37,242 nt of DNA from Thermoplasmatota archaeon (lineage in GTDB: Archaea > Thermoplasmatota > Poseidoniia > Poseidoniales > Poseidoniaceae): positions 1 to 37,242 of the forward strand of contig JAYXVG010000001.1 in NCBI GenBank assembly GCA_036021875.1. The letters are read 5' to 3'. Below are positions 25,093-33,560 of the stretch, in pieces; position 1 is the first letter of the stretch; each line of letters starts with the position of its first letter. The translations under genes and the position numbers were made by a program. Under the pieces are notes generated by a model. It saw nothing but the letters and a program-made list of their open reading frames with translations. It searched no databases and was not told the DNA's origin.

Positions 25093-25914
25093 TCAATCTT
25101 GCATCGGTTTTGGGGTCTGATTTGTCGATGAATTATCAGAAACTTTTCCAATGTAATGTGTCATTTCAGGTCCATCTTGCGTAGATATGTGTATGTCTCC
25201 GTCAAACAATTCTCCTATGTAGAATAATACGGTTGATTCGGCCAGGTATGGAGAGTTATTTTTTTCAGACAAGTGCGTCAATACAATATTACGCGTTTCG
25301 CTTGTACAGACTTCTGCGAGGAATTTTCCGGTTTGATTGTTCGATAAGTGGCCTCCTCTGCCTCTTATTCTCTCTTTCAAAGAATACGGGTATGGTCCAG
25401 AATTTAGTTTATCTTCATCATAATTTGCTTCGATAGATATATGCTCACATCCGCGGACATGCCTCACGAGTTCATCAGTCCAGGACCCCAAGTCAGTAAT
25501 TATTGCTGCTCTTTCGCCATGATAACTTGCCACGAATGCAACGTTATCTGAGCCAGAATGTGGTACTGGGACCGGCAATAAAGTAAGATGGTCCCCAATT
25601 TTAATCAAATCTAGAGAGTCAAAGTAAGATGTCAATTTAGGATCGAGGCTTAATTCTAGTGCTGTTCGTTGATTTGCAAGGATTCTTGTCTGCCACTTTT
25701 TCTGGCAAATTGCCGCACCCCCACCATGATCGCCGTGATGGTGGGTTAATAGGATACAGTCAATGTCAGTGGGCTTGATGTTTAACAATGCCAGACGTTT
25801 CTCTAATTGTGCACCACTAAAACCTTGGTCGATTAGCAGTTTATCTTCATCGGTTTCTAACAGCGTAGAGTTGCCTCTACTGCCAGTACCTAAATGAGTG
25901 ATTCGGAGCGTCAT
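25093..25914 (-). CDS. MBL-fold metallo-hydrolase (YycJ/WalJ-like subgroup)
   Basis: MTLRITHLGTGSRGNSTLLETDEDKLLIDQGFS, then ILLTHHHGDHGGG (HxHxDH motif, 25726-25743 on the plus axis). The track ORF starts at TTG 26004; in-frame ATGs lie at 25974 and 25914. I chose 25914 because family members usually begin just before the LGxGSxGN strand, so the boundary is uncertain. Confidence 0.75.
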   Translation of the reverse strand: MTLRITHLGTGSRGNSTLLETDEDKLLIDQGFSGAQLEKRLALLNIKPTDIDCILLTHHHGDHGGGAAICQKKWQTRILANQRTALELSLDPKLTSYFDSLDLIKIGDHLTLLPVPVPHSGSDNVAFVASYHGERAAIITDLGSWTDELVRHVRGCEHISIEANYDEDKLNSGPYPYSLKERIRGRGGHLSNNQTGKFLAEVCTSETRNIVLTHLSEKNNSPYLAESTVLFYIGELFDGDIHISTQDGPEMTHYIGKVSDNSSTNQTPKPMQD

Positions 25915-26103
25915 GCTAATACTAGAACCCCAGCGCGGAAGGGTATTGAATAAATCGCTTAACTTCACATACATAGCGACATTTTCTAGCAAGATTTCCG
26001 ACAATCAGGGAGAATATTTACTGATATTTGTCGGAACATCACTCCACCATGCTCTTAAGGGTAATCTTTGAGACAGAAATAGCGAAGAGTATTCCCAGCG
26101 ACA

Positions 26104-26108
26104 GGTGA
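26104..26108 (+). promoter_or_regulatory. Shine-Dalgarno (GGTGA) for the TSP3-repeat giant gene
   Basis: acaGGTGAaaagATG, with a 4-nt spacer to ATG 26113. Confidence 0.45.
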
Positions 26109-26112
26109 AAAG

Positions 26113-29100
26113 ATGAGAAGAAGTCAATCAACCCTTCTGACAACCCTTGCAGTGGTCATTAGCTTGCTCTTTATGTCGCAGTTCCCCACAATCTCGCCCG
26201 TATCAAATATACATCCCGATGACACGAATCAAGAGCGACCCCCAACAACCGATTCGGATGGAGATGGCATTCCAGATGTTCATGAGAATCTATTCGCCGA
26301 ATGGGTAAATGGAACTGCGGTAGATGGTAGGGGTTACTCAATGGAAGGTCTAGACAAAGATGACGCCTCTGACGCATTGTTGGATAATGATCAAGATGGG
26401 TTAAATGCAACAGAAGAGTATTGCTGGCCATATCCAGCAGAGTGCACAGACCCAGGTTTCCTTAGAGGCTTAACTGGTGTGGTAGACGGTGAGGGTATCA
26501 GGTCATATCTTGATCCACGTAAGTCTGATACTGATGGAGATGGAATGCCTGATGGTTATGAAGCATACATGTGTTTGCGAATCGGTGGCTTTGATGTATT
26601 TGCTCAGCGCTACCAGTGTAATGACTTCGATCCACTCAACGCCAGCGACGCTACGAAAGATCCTGACATGGACGGCTTTGATGTCAATCGAGATGGAATT
26701 ATGAATCAAAATGAATGGTATACCTCAAGTGAAGAATACATTCATGGTGCCCCTGCCAATCACACAACTGAGTTAGATGGTCTATGGTGCACTGCAACCT
26801 TGCCAGAAGGTGCTTTGCTGACAAACTGGCCGTACATTCCAACAGGAGTAAATGCCACCTTCCAAAATTTACTCCCAGCCTGTACGAACTCAGAATCGCC
26901 AGTTGGTGAAGACTTGTGGTTGGGGACTGACCCATTATTGAAAGATTCAGACCGCTACAATTGGGACGGTTTCTCAGTCCGTAGTTTGTTTCCCTCCTTT
27001 GGTGACGGTATTCCTGATGGTTGGGAGGTTCATTTTGGACTAGACCCGCTCAATCGAAGTAGTGCACTCCTCGATGAGGATTTCGATGGTTGGGATGAGA
27101 ATTATGATGGTATTTTATCACCTGATGTAAGCCGTACTGATACCGCTCTTGCTATTGGTGAGCAGCTATCGAATATTGAAGAATACAAGGTGTATTATGA
27201 TGAAGGGAATGATGTAATTGCCGGCCTTAAGTCTGTAGAATTTGACACTGATTCTTCAACCTTGTTTAATTTCCCGATCTCATTTGCTGTCACTGAGGAA
27301 GAACTCAGCATAATGCACCATGATGTAAGATCTTTGAACGTCGTGGATTCAACAATTTATGCAACAACAAAATATGGAGTGACCATAATTGATTACTCAG
27401 CACAGTCAAGTATCGATTATTGGATGCCGCAGGGAGTAATTCTACAAGATGCTGAGTTGCTATTTGACTCTGATGACAACCTTTACTCGATAGCCGTTGC
27501 GTCTAACTTCGGACTTGGAGTGGGTAGAATACTATCAGACGGTTCACTGGAAGATACCAAAGATTGGGATTGGTCCCAAACAGGATCTCTCCTTGAGATT
27601 GAGGAACTGGAGGTTAATAGCCCCAATAATCAGTTAATCGGCTTAGGTATATCGGGAACTGGCAACGTGTTTGAGGTCAGCAGTTCTGGCCTTATAGAGG
27701 AAGTAAATACTGTTAGCACGGCGATAACGAATCAACTGGCAACTGGTAATGCGACTGTTACTGACATTGAACACGGTTTAGCAAATGGAAATTTGACGTT
27801 ATTCATCGCCACCGATCGAGGATTGCTAATATCAGAAACCAACTCAGGTCGAGATGGTGATATTGCAGAATGGCGATTTTACTTCACTCAGGAAGACACT
27901 GGAATTTTCGCATCGATAAATGAACTGAGAACTCTGCCAGTTGGAAGCGACGAAAATCCAGCAGAAATCAGGGATATTCACCTTGATGGTCCTACACCAA
28001 GTAACCCTCAAGTTCTTTGGTTTGGGACACCCTCAGGTTTGCACCAGATGAGACTAATTGATAATGTAATTACCCACAGTGGATTGTTAGAAAATCCTGG
28101 TTCAGAGGAGATAAGCACAAGAGACATCAATAGTATAAGATCAATTCATACTACAGGCGACCAAATAATACTTGGTTCTAGTGCCGGAACATGGGTGGTT
28201 TCTGGAGATTACTCAAATGTATACGAAATCGATGAGCAGGAAATAATTCCCGGTTACATTACGCAAATAACCACGATTGGTGACTCTGAAAATATGACAA
28301 TATTTGGGGCTGCAGCTCCGGGGAAATATTCGAATCTAGAACTAATGAATCCCAAATCAAATGATTCTGATAGTGATGGCATACCAGATGGATGGGAGAT
28401 TGGTAACGGTCTAGACCCTACAGATCCGTGGGATGCATTGCTCGATTTTGACTTTGATGGTCTTGATTTAGATCAATCCGGGGACGGCATTTACGAGCGG
28501 TTATGGACCAACCTCGATGAATTTAGGTATGTTGAAAGAACTGAAGAAGGGTATAATTCAACCAATCCAAATGCTGGAGATACTGATGGTGACGGTTTAT
28601 CAGACGGGGCTGAATATTTCGGATTTTTTTATGAGAGCACTAATTTATGGTGTTACTATAATGTACAATTAGAATATATTTGTGATAGCCAGATTGGCGC
28701 CGCTGCAAACCAAACTTACCTGCAATCAGGTATTGCTGATGTAGGGACAGACCCGACAAATCATGATAGTGACGGTGACGGAATGCCCGATGGATGGGAA
28801 ATTGAAAATCGTCGCTGGGTAGGTTCAACATTCACTGGAGGGAATAACTGGTCACTGGACCCTAATCGAGCAGAGGATGCAACTTGGGACGCTGATGGTG
28901 ATGGATTACAGAATCTATGCGAATATCAGTGGAGTCAACTGAAATATCAAGCAATGGAAGGTTTACTTTTAGAGTCTCACGGAGAAAATATTTCAGGTGC
29001 AGAAAATTGGACAGAATCAGACCCGAATAACATTGATTCTGATGGAGATACACTGCCAGATGGCTGGGAAGCATCATATTCATGCAGTTGGGCACCTAGC

Positions 29101-31857
29101 AGAGCAGGAATCAATCCGCTTAATGGATCAGATGCGTTAAACAATCCTGATAACGATGGTTTTGACATTGATAGAGATGGAATTCTGCAAATCAATGAGG
29201 CGTTTGTAAATTATTTAGAATACCATTTGCGGGATGATTTATTCGACACTGAAAATCCTGTTGATTTTGACAATTTGCCCTTTGGCTTAACCACAGATTT
29301 GTTTGATAACGTTGGTCAAAACGGTTACCCTGAAGCATCATACTCCCAACGCGCCGCAGGATCATATCTTGCTAGCCAAAACCCACTCGATGAGGGCGCT
29401 TCTGACCCGCTTGACAGCGACTCTGACGAAGATGGAATGCCTGATGGGTGGGAGATTTGGTTCTCTAGGTGGGACGTTCTGCAGGATGAATGGACACTAA
29501 ACCCGCTCCAACCTGCAGACCGCTGGCAAGATGCTGACGATGACGGTATGACTAATTGGGAAGAGTATAATGCAATAGACCCATTGTTAACTGAAACTGA
29601 TGCAAATAGGAGTTCGCCAAAGTGGTTTGTTACAACAGTTGGTAGCGCATATACCTTTCAAGCGTGGGCTGGGGTTCAAACAGACTTGTCATTTGGTTCT
29701 TTTGTCAATGAAACACAGAGAAACCTGACTGGAATAACTGGTGACCCTAACAATGTAGATACTGATGGTGATGGGATAATTGATGGCGTAGAATTATTAT
29801 TCACTACATGGAATTCCTCGACACAAACCTGGACTCTAAATCCACTGACTCCAGGTGATGGCTTGTTTGATTCAGACGAAGATGGTCTGGTTGATTTGCA
29901 GGAGTTCGCGCTGGTAAATTCAAATCCCGACAACGGCATTGAGCATCCAACAGATGCTCCGCTATTGCACATAGACGGAGACCTATTGCAGCCAACAGAG
30001 AAAGCCCAAAGAATGTTCAATATGTTGATTTCCAAAGAAACTCGAGGCAAGAGGTTGTTGAATGATTTCAACGATTGGCAAAATGGAGAGCCTGCAAATG
30101 CATTTATTTCTATCCTGATGGGTATAACAGACCCAACCAACCCGGACACCGACGGAGATGGTATGTATGATGGATTTGAGTATTGGTTCGCAGAGTGGGA
30201 TTTGGAAAATAACCTTTGGAGTATTAACCCATTGATTGATGGTGATGTTTTATTGGACACGGATGGTGACAGTTTCGATTGTGATGGAGATGGTAATATC
30301 TCTCTTGAAGAGCGATTTTCAAATCTAAGAGAATGGGAATCACGAACCTGGGGTAAATACTCTGAACGTAACACAATTCCCCAGGAGGTAGGTATACTGA
30401 GCTTTGGTGATGATGCGATAAATGCGTATATTGAAGAGTTGGGTTACAGCTACATTGATGCAACGAGGGCGTTGTATGATGATTTTGCGTCAAAGAGTCC
30501 TGAAAGCGCAGACAGAATGCAGCGAATTAATTCCTACGACGAGAATAATTTCAACCGAACTCTGATTGGGGTTGCCGATCCAACCAGCACAGACTCAGAT
30601 GGTGATTCAATTCCTGATGGATGGGAATATTGTTATGCAATATATGGTATGCCAGATGTGACAACTCAGAATCATTGGGCAGCAAATCCAATTAATCCGC
30701 ATGATGTTAATTACGATGGTGACAGCGATGGTTGGTACGATAGAAATTCACTTGACATTCCCGCAACCCAAGGTATTTGGGAGGATCGAAACTTTATCGA
30801 AAGTGGCACAATCATTCAACCAGGACCTGGCTCCCTACCTTTTACCAACCTGATGGAGTGGAACAACAACACAAGGCCAGACTTAAATGACACAGATGCT
30901 GATTCTGTAACCTACATAACTCAAGTCATAAATGGTCAAGTCGTTGCTCACCAAATAGATTACAATCTCAGTGACGGAAGAGAGGTCTTCAAGTATGGCA
31001 TAAACCCAAATGATAATGATACTGATGGCGATATGCTACCAGATTGGTATGAATACAAAATGGCTTGGAATGAATCTAACGATAATTTTTCATCTTACCT
31101 GCAAATAAAGGTGGTTTGGATTGATTCACTAACAGGCGGTGAGTGCGATACAAACACTGTGTCATGTCTGCCTCTATCAGCTGAATCGGGCGTATTATCA
31201 AGGCCTGAATTACAATTTACCTGGTTCACTCTTGATCCTGCCGACCCAGTAGATGCAAACTACGATCCAGATAATGACGGCAACTATGATTGCTCAGGTG
31301 CGGGGTGTAGTTATGAGCCATATACTAACTTCCAGGAGTTCTACATGATTACGGATGAGGACCTTACTTCACCAAATGCCGTAAGGCTTGCCCCATTGGT
31401 TTATCAAGGCAGTCCAGTTGAAGAATGGTGGCAATTTAGGGGATACACATTAGGTCTTGGAGAGCCATCAGAGGCATCGACAAACTACCTAAAGATGGAC
31501 AAACAGTCATCCACTGATTTCCGCTATGTTTTAATCATAGACGATAACGATGACGAATTCTTAACCTTAAATCCCGATGATGACCAGATTTTACTATCTG
31601 GTGCACAAACAGATTTGTGGGAGATATATTACGCTAGCTCGCCACAAACCGCCCCAGTAAGGGCTGTGGGTGAACACGAACTTGGTTGGTATATGATGGA
31701 CTTTGACGATGATCACCTTGCAGAGGGTAGCAGCCCAATCAGTTGGGACACAGACGGGGATTGGATTGTTGACTGGTTTGAGGTTAATGACGACGAAGAA
31801 GATGGTTTGCGAGGCGATTCTTCACCGATAAGGTATGATTCGAGACAAACTGGGTAA
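26113..31857 (+). CDS. Giant secreted, highly acidic protein with ~20 thrombospondin type-3-like Ca-binding repeats (DxDxDGxxDxxE) flanking a beta-propeller-like core
   Basis: N-terminal hydrophobic signal (LLTTLAVVISLLFMSQF). Repeats seen by eye: DSDGDGIPDVHE (26251-26286), DTDGDGMPDGYE, DSDSDGIPDGWE, DTDGDGLSDGAEY, DSDGDGMPDGWE, DSDGDTLPDGWE, DSDEDGMPDGWE, DTDGDGIIDGVE, DTDGDGMYDGFEY, DSDGDSIPDGWEY, DTDGDMLPDWYEY, DTDGDWIVDWFE, and others. No C-terminal TM. Confidence 0.85.
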   Translation: MRRSQSTLLTTLAVVISLLFMSQFPTISPVSNIHPDDTNQERPPTTDSDGDGIPDVHENLFAEWVNGTAVDGRGYSMEGLDKDDASDALLDNDQDGLNATEEYCWPYPAECTDPGFLRGLTGVVDGEGIRSYLDPRKSDTDGDGMPDGYEAYMCLRIGGFDVFAQRYQCNDFDPLNASDATKDPDMDGFDVNRDGIMNQNEWYTSSEEYIHGAPANHTTELDGLWCTATLPEGALLTNWPYIPTGVNATFQNLLPACTNSESPVGEDLWLGTDPLLKDSDRYNWDGFSVRSLFPSFGDGIPDGWEVHFGLDPLNRSSALLDEDFDGWDENYDGILSPDVSRTDTALAIGEQLSNIEEYKVYYDEGNDVIAGLKSVEFDTDSSTLFNFPISFAVTEEELSIMHHDVRSLNVVDSTIYATTKYGVTIIDYSAQSSIDYWMPQGVILQDAELLFDSDDNLYSIAVASNFGLGVGRILSDGSLEDTKDWDWSQTGSLLEIEELEVNSPNNQLIGLGISGTGNVFEVSSSGLIEEVNTVSTAITNQLATGNATVTDIEHGLANGNLTLFIATDRGLLISETNSGRDGDIAEWRFYFTQEDTGIFASINELRTLPVGSDENPAEIRDIHLDGPTPSNPQVLWFGTPSGLHQMRLIDNVITHSGLLENPGSEEISTRDINSIRSIHTTGDQIILGSSAGTWVVSGDYSNVYEIDEQEIIPGYITQITTIGDSENMTIFGAAAPGKYSNLELMNPKSNDSDSDGIPDGWEIGNGLDPTDPWDALLDFDFDGLDLDQSGDGIYERLWTNLDEFRYVERTEEGYNSTNPNAGDTDGDGLSDGAEYFGFFYESTNLWCYYNVQLEYICDSQIGAAANQTYLQSGIADVGTDPTNHDSDGDGMPDGWEIENRRWVGSTFTGGNNWSLDPNRAEDATWDADGDGLQNLCEYQWSQLKYQAMEGLLLESHGENISGAENWTESDPNNIDSDGDTLPDGWEASYSCSWAPSRAGINPLNGSDALNNPDNDGFDIDRDGILQINEAFVNYLEYHLRDDLFDTENPVDFDNLPFGLTTDLFDNVGQNGYPEASYSQRAAGSYLASQNPLDEGASDPLDSDSDEDGMPDGWEIWFSRWDVLQDEWTLNPLQPADRWQDADDDGMTNWEEYNAIDPLLTETDANRSSPKWFVTTVGSAYTFQAWAGVQTDLSFGSFVNETQRNLTGITGDPNNVDTDGDGIIDGVELLFTTWNSSTQTWTLNPLTPGDGLFDSDEDGLVDLQEFALVNSNPDNGIEHPTDAPLLHIDGDLLQPTEKAQRMFNMLISKETRGKRLLNDFNDWQNGEPANAFISILMGITDPTNPDTDGDGMYDGFEYWFAEWDLENNLWSINPLIDGDVLLDTDGDSFDCDGDGNISLEERFSNLREWESRTWGKYSERNTIPQEVGILSFGDDAINAYIEELGYSYIDATRALYDDFASKSPESADRMQRINSYDENNFNRTLIGVADPTSTDSDGDSIPDGWEYCYAIYGMPDVTTQNHWAANPINPHDVNYDGDSDGWYDRNSLDIPATQGIWEDRNFIESGTIIQPGPGSLPFTNLMEWNNNTRPDLNDTDADSVTYITQVINGQVVAHQIDYNLSDGREVFKYGINPNDNDTDGDMLPDWYEYKMAWNESNDNFSSYLQIKVVWIDSLTGGECDTNTVSCLPLSAESGVLSRPELQFTWFTLDPADPVDANYDPDNDGNYDCSGAGCSYEPYTNFQEFYMITDEDLTSPNAVRLAPLVYQGSPVEEWWQFRGYTLGLGEPSEASTNYLKMDKQSSTDFRYVLIIDDNDDEFLTLNPDDDQILLSGAQTDLWEIYYASSPQTAPVRAVGEHELGWYMMDFDDDHLAEGSSPISWDTDGDWIVDWFEVNDDEEDGLRGDSSPIRYDSRQTG

Positions 31858-31875
31858 TAATTCCGAGATGATTTC

Positions 31876-32319
31876 ATGTCAGATAGAGGCATAGATGGTC
31901 TTGTAACCTTACAAGAAAGGATGGTTAATCTCATCAAACAACTCAACATGCCCCTAGTTGAGGTAAGTATGGTAATTCAAAATATGATAAGTCCGATGTT
32001 AGAATCACTTAATCGGCACGCAATTGAACATACAATTGAAATTCCGGATAGGTTATTGAACCCATGGCCGATCGAAAAACCAATTCATGAGGATGTAAAA
32101 TCTTCGCTTGCCGTTGAAAAAATTCTTTCTGTGATAGATGACGACAGGATGGATATATTGGAAACGTTAGTACGAGTCACTATGGTAGAAACAGAGATGA
32201 TATTACTCGATGGAATTGCAGCACTAAGGATGTGGGAGCATCTGGCGAGAAGCCAGTTGGCAAATATCAACTCTCCAGGACAATTATTTTCACCATTTGA
32301 AATACCGGAAGATTGGTGA
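31876..32319 (+). CDS. Hypothetical small acidic cytoplasmic protein (147 aa)
   Basis: ATG ORF 18 nt after the giant gene, on the same strand, with no signal peptide or TM. I recognise no motif. Coding status rests on position, length and lack of a competing ORF. Confidence 0.5.
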   Translation: MSDRGIDGLVTLQERMVNLIKQLNMPLVEVSMVIQNMISPMLESLNRHAIEHTIEIPDRLLNPWPIEKPIHEDVKSSLAVEKILSVIDDDRMDILETLVRVTMVETEMILLDGIAALRMWEHLARSQLANINSPGQLFSPFEIPEDW

Positions 32320-32353
32320 CAACATTATCAAGAAACAACATTTCGGCCCAGAC

Positions 32354-33145
32354 ATGGGACGATTGAATCACGTAGCTCTAATTCTTATTTTCTTGATGCT
32401 ATCAGTCTCTTTGTCTGGCTGCTTTGGAAGTAACATATTTGTCGCCGAAGACAAGAAAGGGATACCTGGTGGTTTGACTATGGCTTGCTTATCCTCTGAT
32501 AAGTATACCTCAATGGTTGTTGAAGTTGATTACGATTCAGGTTACATGCCTGAGCAAAGTTCCATAGATTTACTCAAAACTAGACTCCAGGAGGTATGCG
32601 ATAAGCCAAACGGTATTGAGGTTACATTAACTGAGACTGACTTTGGTCAATCAGAGTCGTGGACTGCGGATGATGTAAGAGAAAAAGCCTGGGAGCATAA
32701 ATCTGCAGATCCGCTGACCGGCTCGACACTATATTGGCAAGCATTGTTTCCTGCTGGGGGATATAGTAACGGAGATGTATTAGGGGTTGCAGTAGACGCC
32801 TCGACCGTGGCTATTTTTAAAGATGCAGTTGAGGATGCAGAAGGGCCATTCTTCAGTAGGCCGTCAGCAGAGGAAATTGAAAATAGCGTTTTAGTTCATG
32901 AATATGGTCATTTGCTTGGGTTAGTAAATTTGGTCTACAAATCTCCTGTAGATCATGAAGATAAAGATCACCCGGGACACTCAAACAACGAAGAATCAGT
33001 TATGTATTGGGCGGTAGAATCGGCAGATTTGAGCAACATTATCACGGGCCAATTACCAGATGATTTCGATAATGATGATCGGAACGACCTTGCTGGGATG
33101 CTTAGCGGGGATATTCCCGTAAGGGACCAACTATGGCTGCCTTAG
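32354..33145 (+). CDS. Putative zinc metalloprotease lipoprotein (HExxH, metzincin-like)
   Basis: MGRLNHVALILIFLMLSVSLSGC has a lipobox-like LSGC (Cys 32420-32422). VLVHEYGHLLGL carries HEYGH at 32897-32911, followed by DHEDKDHPGHSNNEESVMYW (extra His residues and a possible Met-turn). Start moved from TTG 32297 to ATG 32354, downstream of the preceding stop. Confidence 0.7.
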   Translation: MGRLNHVALILIFLMLSVSLSGCFGSNIFVAEDKKGIPGGLTMACLSSDKYTSMVVEVDYDSGYMPEQSSIDLLKTRLQEVCDKPNGIEVTLTETDFGQSESWTADDVREKAWEHKSADPLTGSTLYWQALFPAGGYSNGDVLGVAVDASTVAIFKDAVEDAEGPFFSRPSAEEIENSVLVHEYGHLLGLVNLVYKSPVDHEDKDHPGHSNNEESVMYWAVESADLSNIITGQLPDDFDNDDRNDLAGMLSGDIPVRDQLWLP

Positions 33146-33468
33146 TTGTTGATGCTGGCCACGAACCTAGTTGCTTCACGCCATGCATCAAATATAGAAT
33201 AGGCCCATAAAACAAACCAAAGAACGACGGTTAAGGCTAGCGGAATTTGTAGTAATGTTAGATCGAGGCCTTTCTGATGCTTACGATTGAAGTGATGACC
33301 CAAAAATAAGAAGGGAACTGCAGCCAGTATAGCAGCGACAAGTGGTCTCAACGCTCCCCAAAAACCTACTCCCAAGGTCATTTCACGCCATATTTGTTTG
33401 AATACTTTGGCCCCAGTAACCAATTTATTTGGTTCTGATTTACCATCAACAAATTTTGATTCAGACAT
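33142..33468 (-). CDS. Small hypothetical membrane protein (108 aa, 2-3 TM)
   Basis: Hydrophobic segments GVGFWGALRPLVAAILAAVPFLFLG and LLQIPLALTVVLWFVLWAYSIF. It is divergent from the Pcp-Nudix gene, and its stop overlaps the metalloprotease stop by 4 nt (convergent). Confidence 0.5.
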   Translation of the reverse strand: MSESKFVDGKSEPNKLVTGAKVFKQIWREMTLGVGFWGALRPLVAAILAAVPFLFLGHHFNRKHQKGLDLTLLQIPLALTVVLWFVLWAYSIFDAWREATRFVASINN

Positions 33469-33560
33469 GTTGACTCATGTTGTGGACATCGCTATTGCAT
33501 GTCAATATAACCCTTGATTGTATACCAATAGGTCAAAAGTTTACTTGTTTTAGCATGTCC

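Noticed and set aside
25915-26004. N-terminal 30-aa extension of the MBL hydrolase from TTG 26004 (or 20 aa from ATG 25974)
   Set aside because: MBL proteins of this subgroup normally start a few residues before the LGxGSxGN strand. The extension has no features. It is not excluded; ATG 25974 is the first ATG after a TATA-like taaatatt (26013-26020, minus strand).
29676-30374. 232-aa minus-strand ORF inside the TSP3 giant gene (also 29804-29995, 30224-30493, 28862-29195 and others)
   Set aside because: Ser/Pro-rich low-complexity translation (…SPSVS…PSPSVSGL…) is what the antisense of GAT-GGN-GAT acidic repeats produces. It has no start context and is wholly embedded in a much stronger sense ORF, so it is a shadow ORF.
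26251-31050. Recurrent ~20-25 nt motif (gatggagatggnatnccngatgg) considered as a possible CRISPR array or tandem DNA repeat
   Set aside because: Copies are imperfect, irregularly spaced (hundreds of nt), in frame and all encode DxDGDGxPDG loops. This is protein-level repetition, not a repeat-spacer array.
3284-33145. Mobile genomic island (integrase, IS, tRNA target, direct repeats) flanking the envelope block
   Set aside because: I saw no recombinase or transposase motifs, no tRNA and no obvious flanking direct repeats by eye. Island status can only be tested by comparative genomics or composition analysis.
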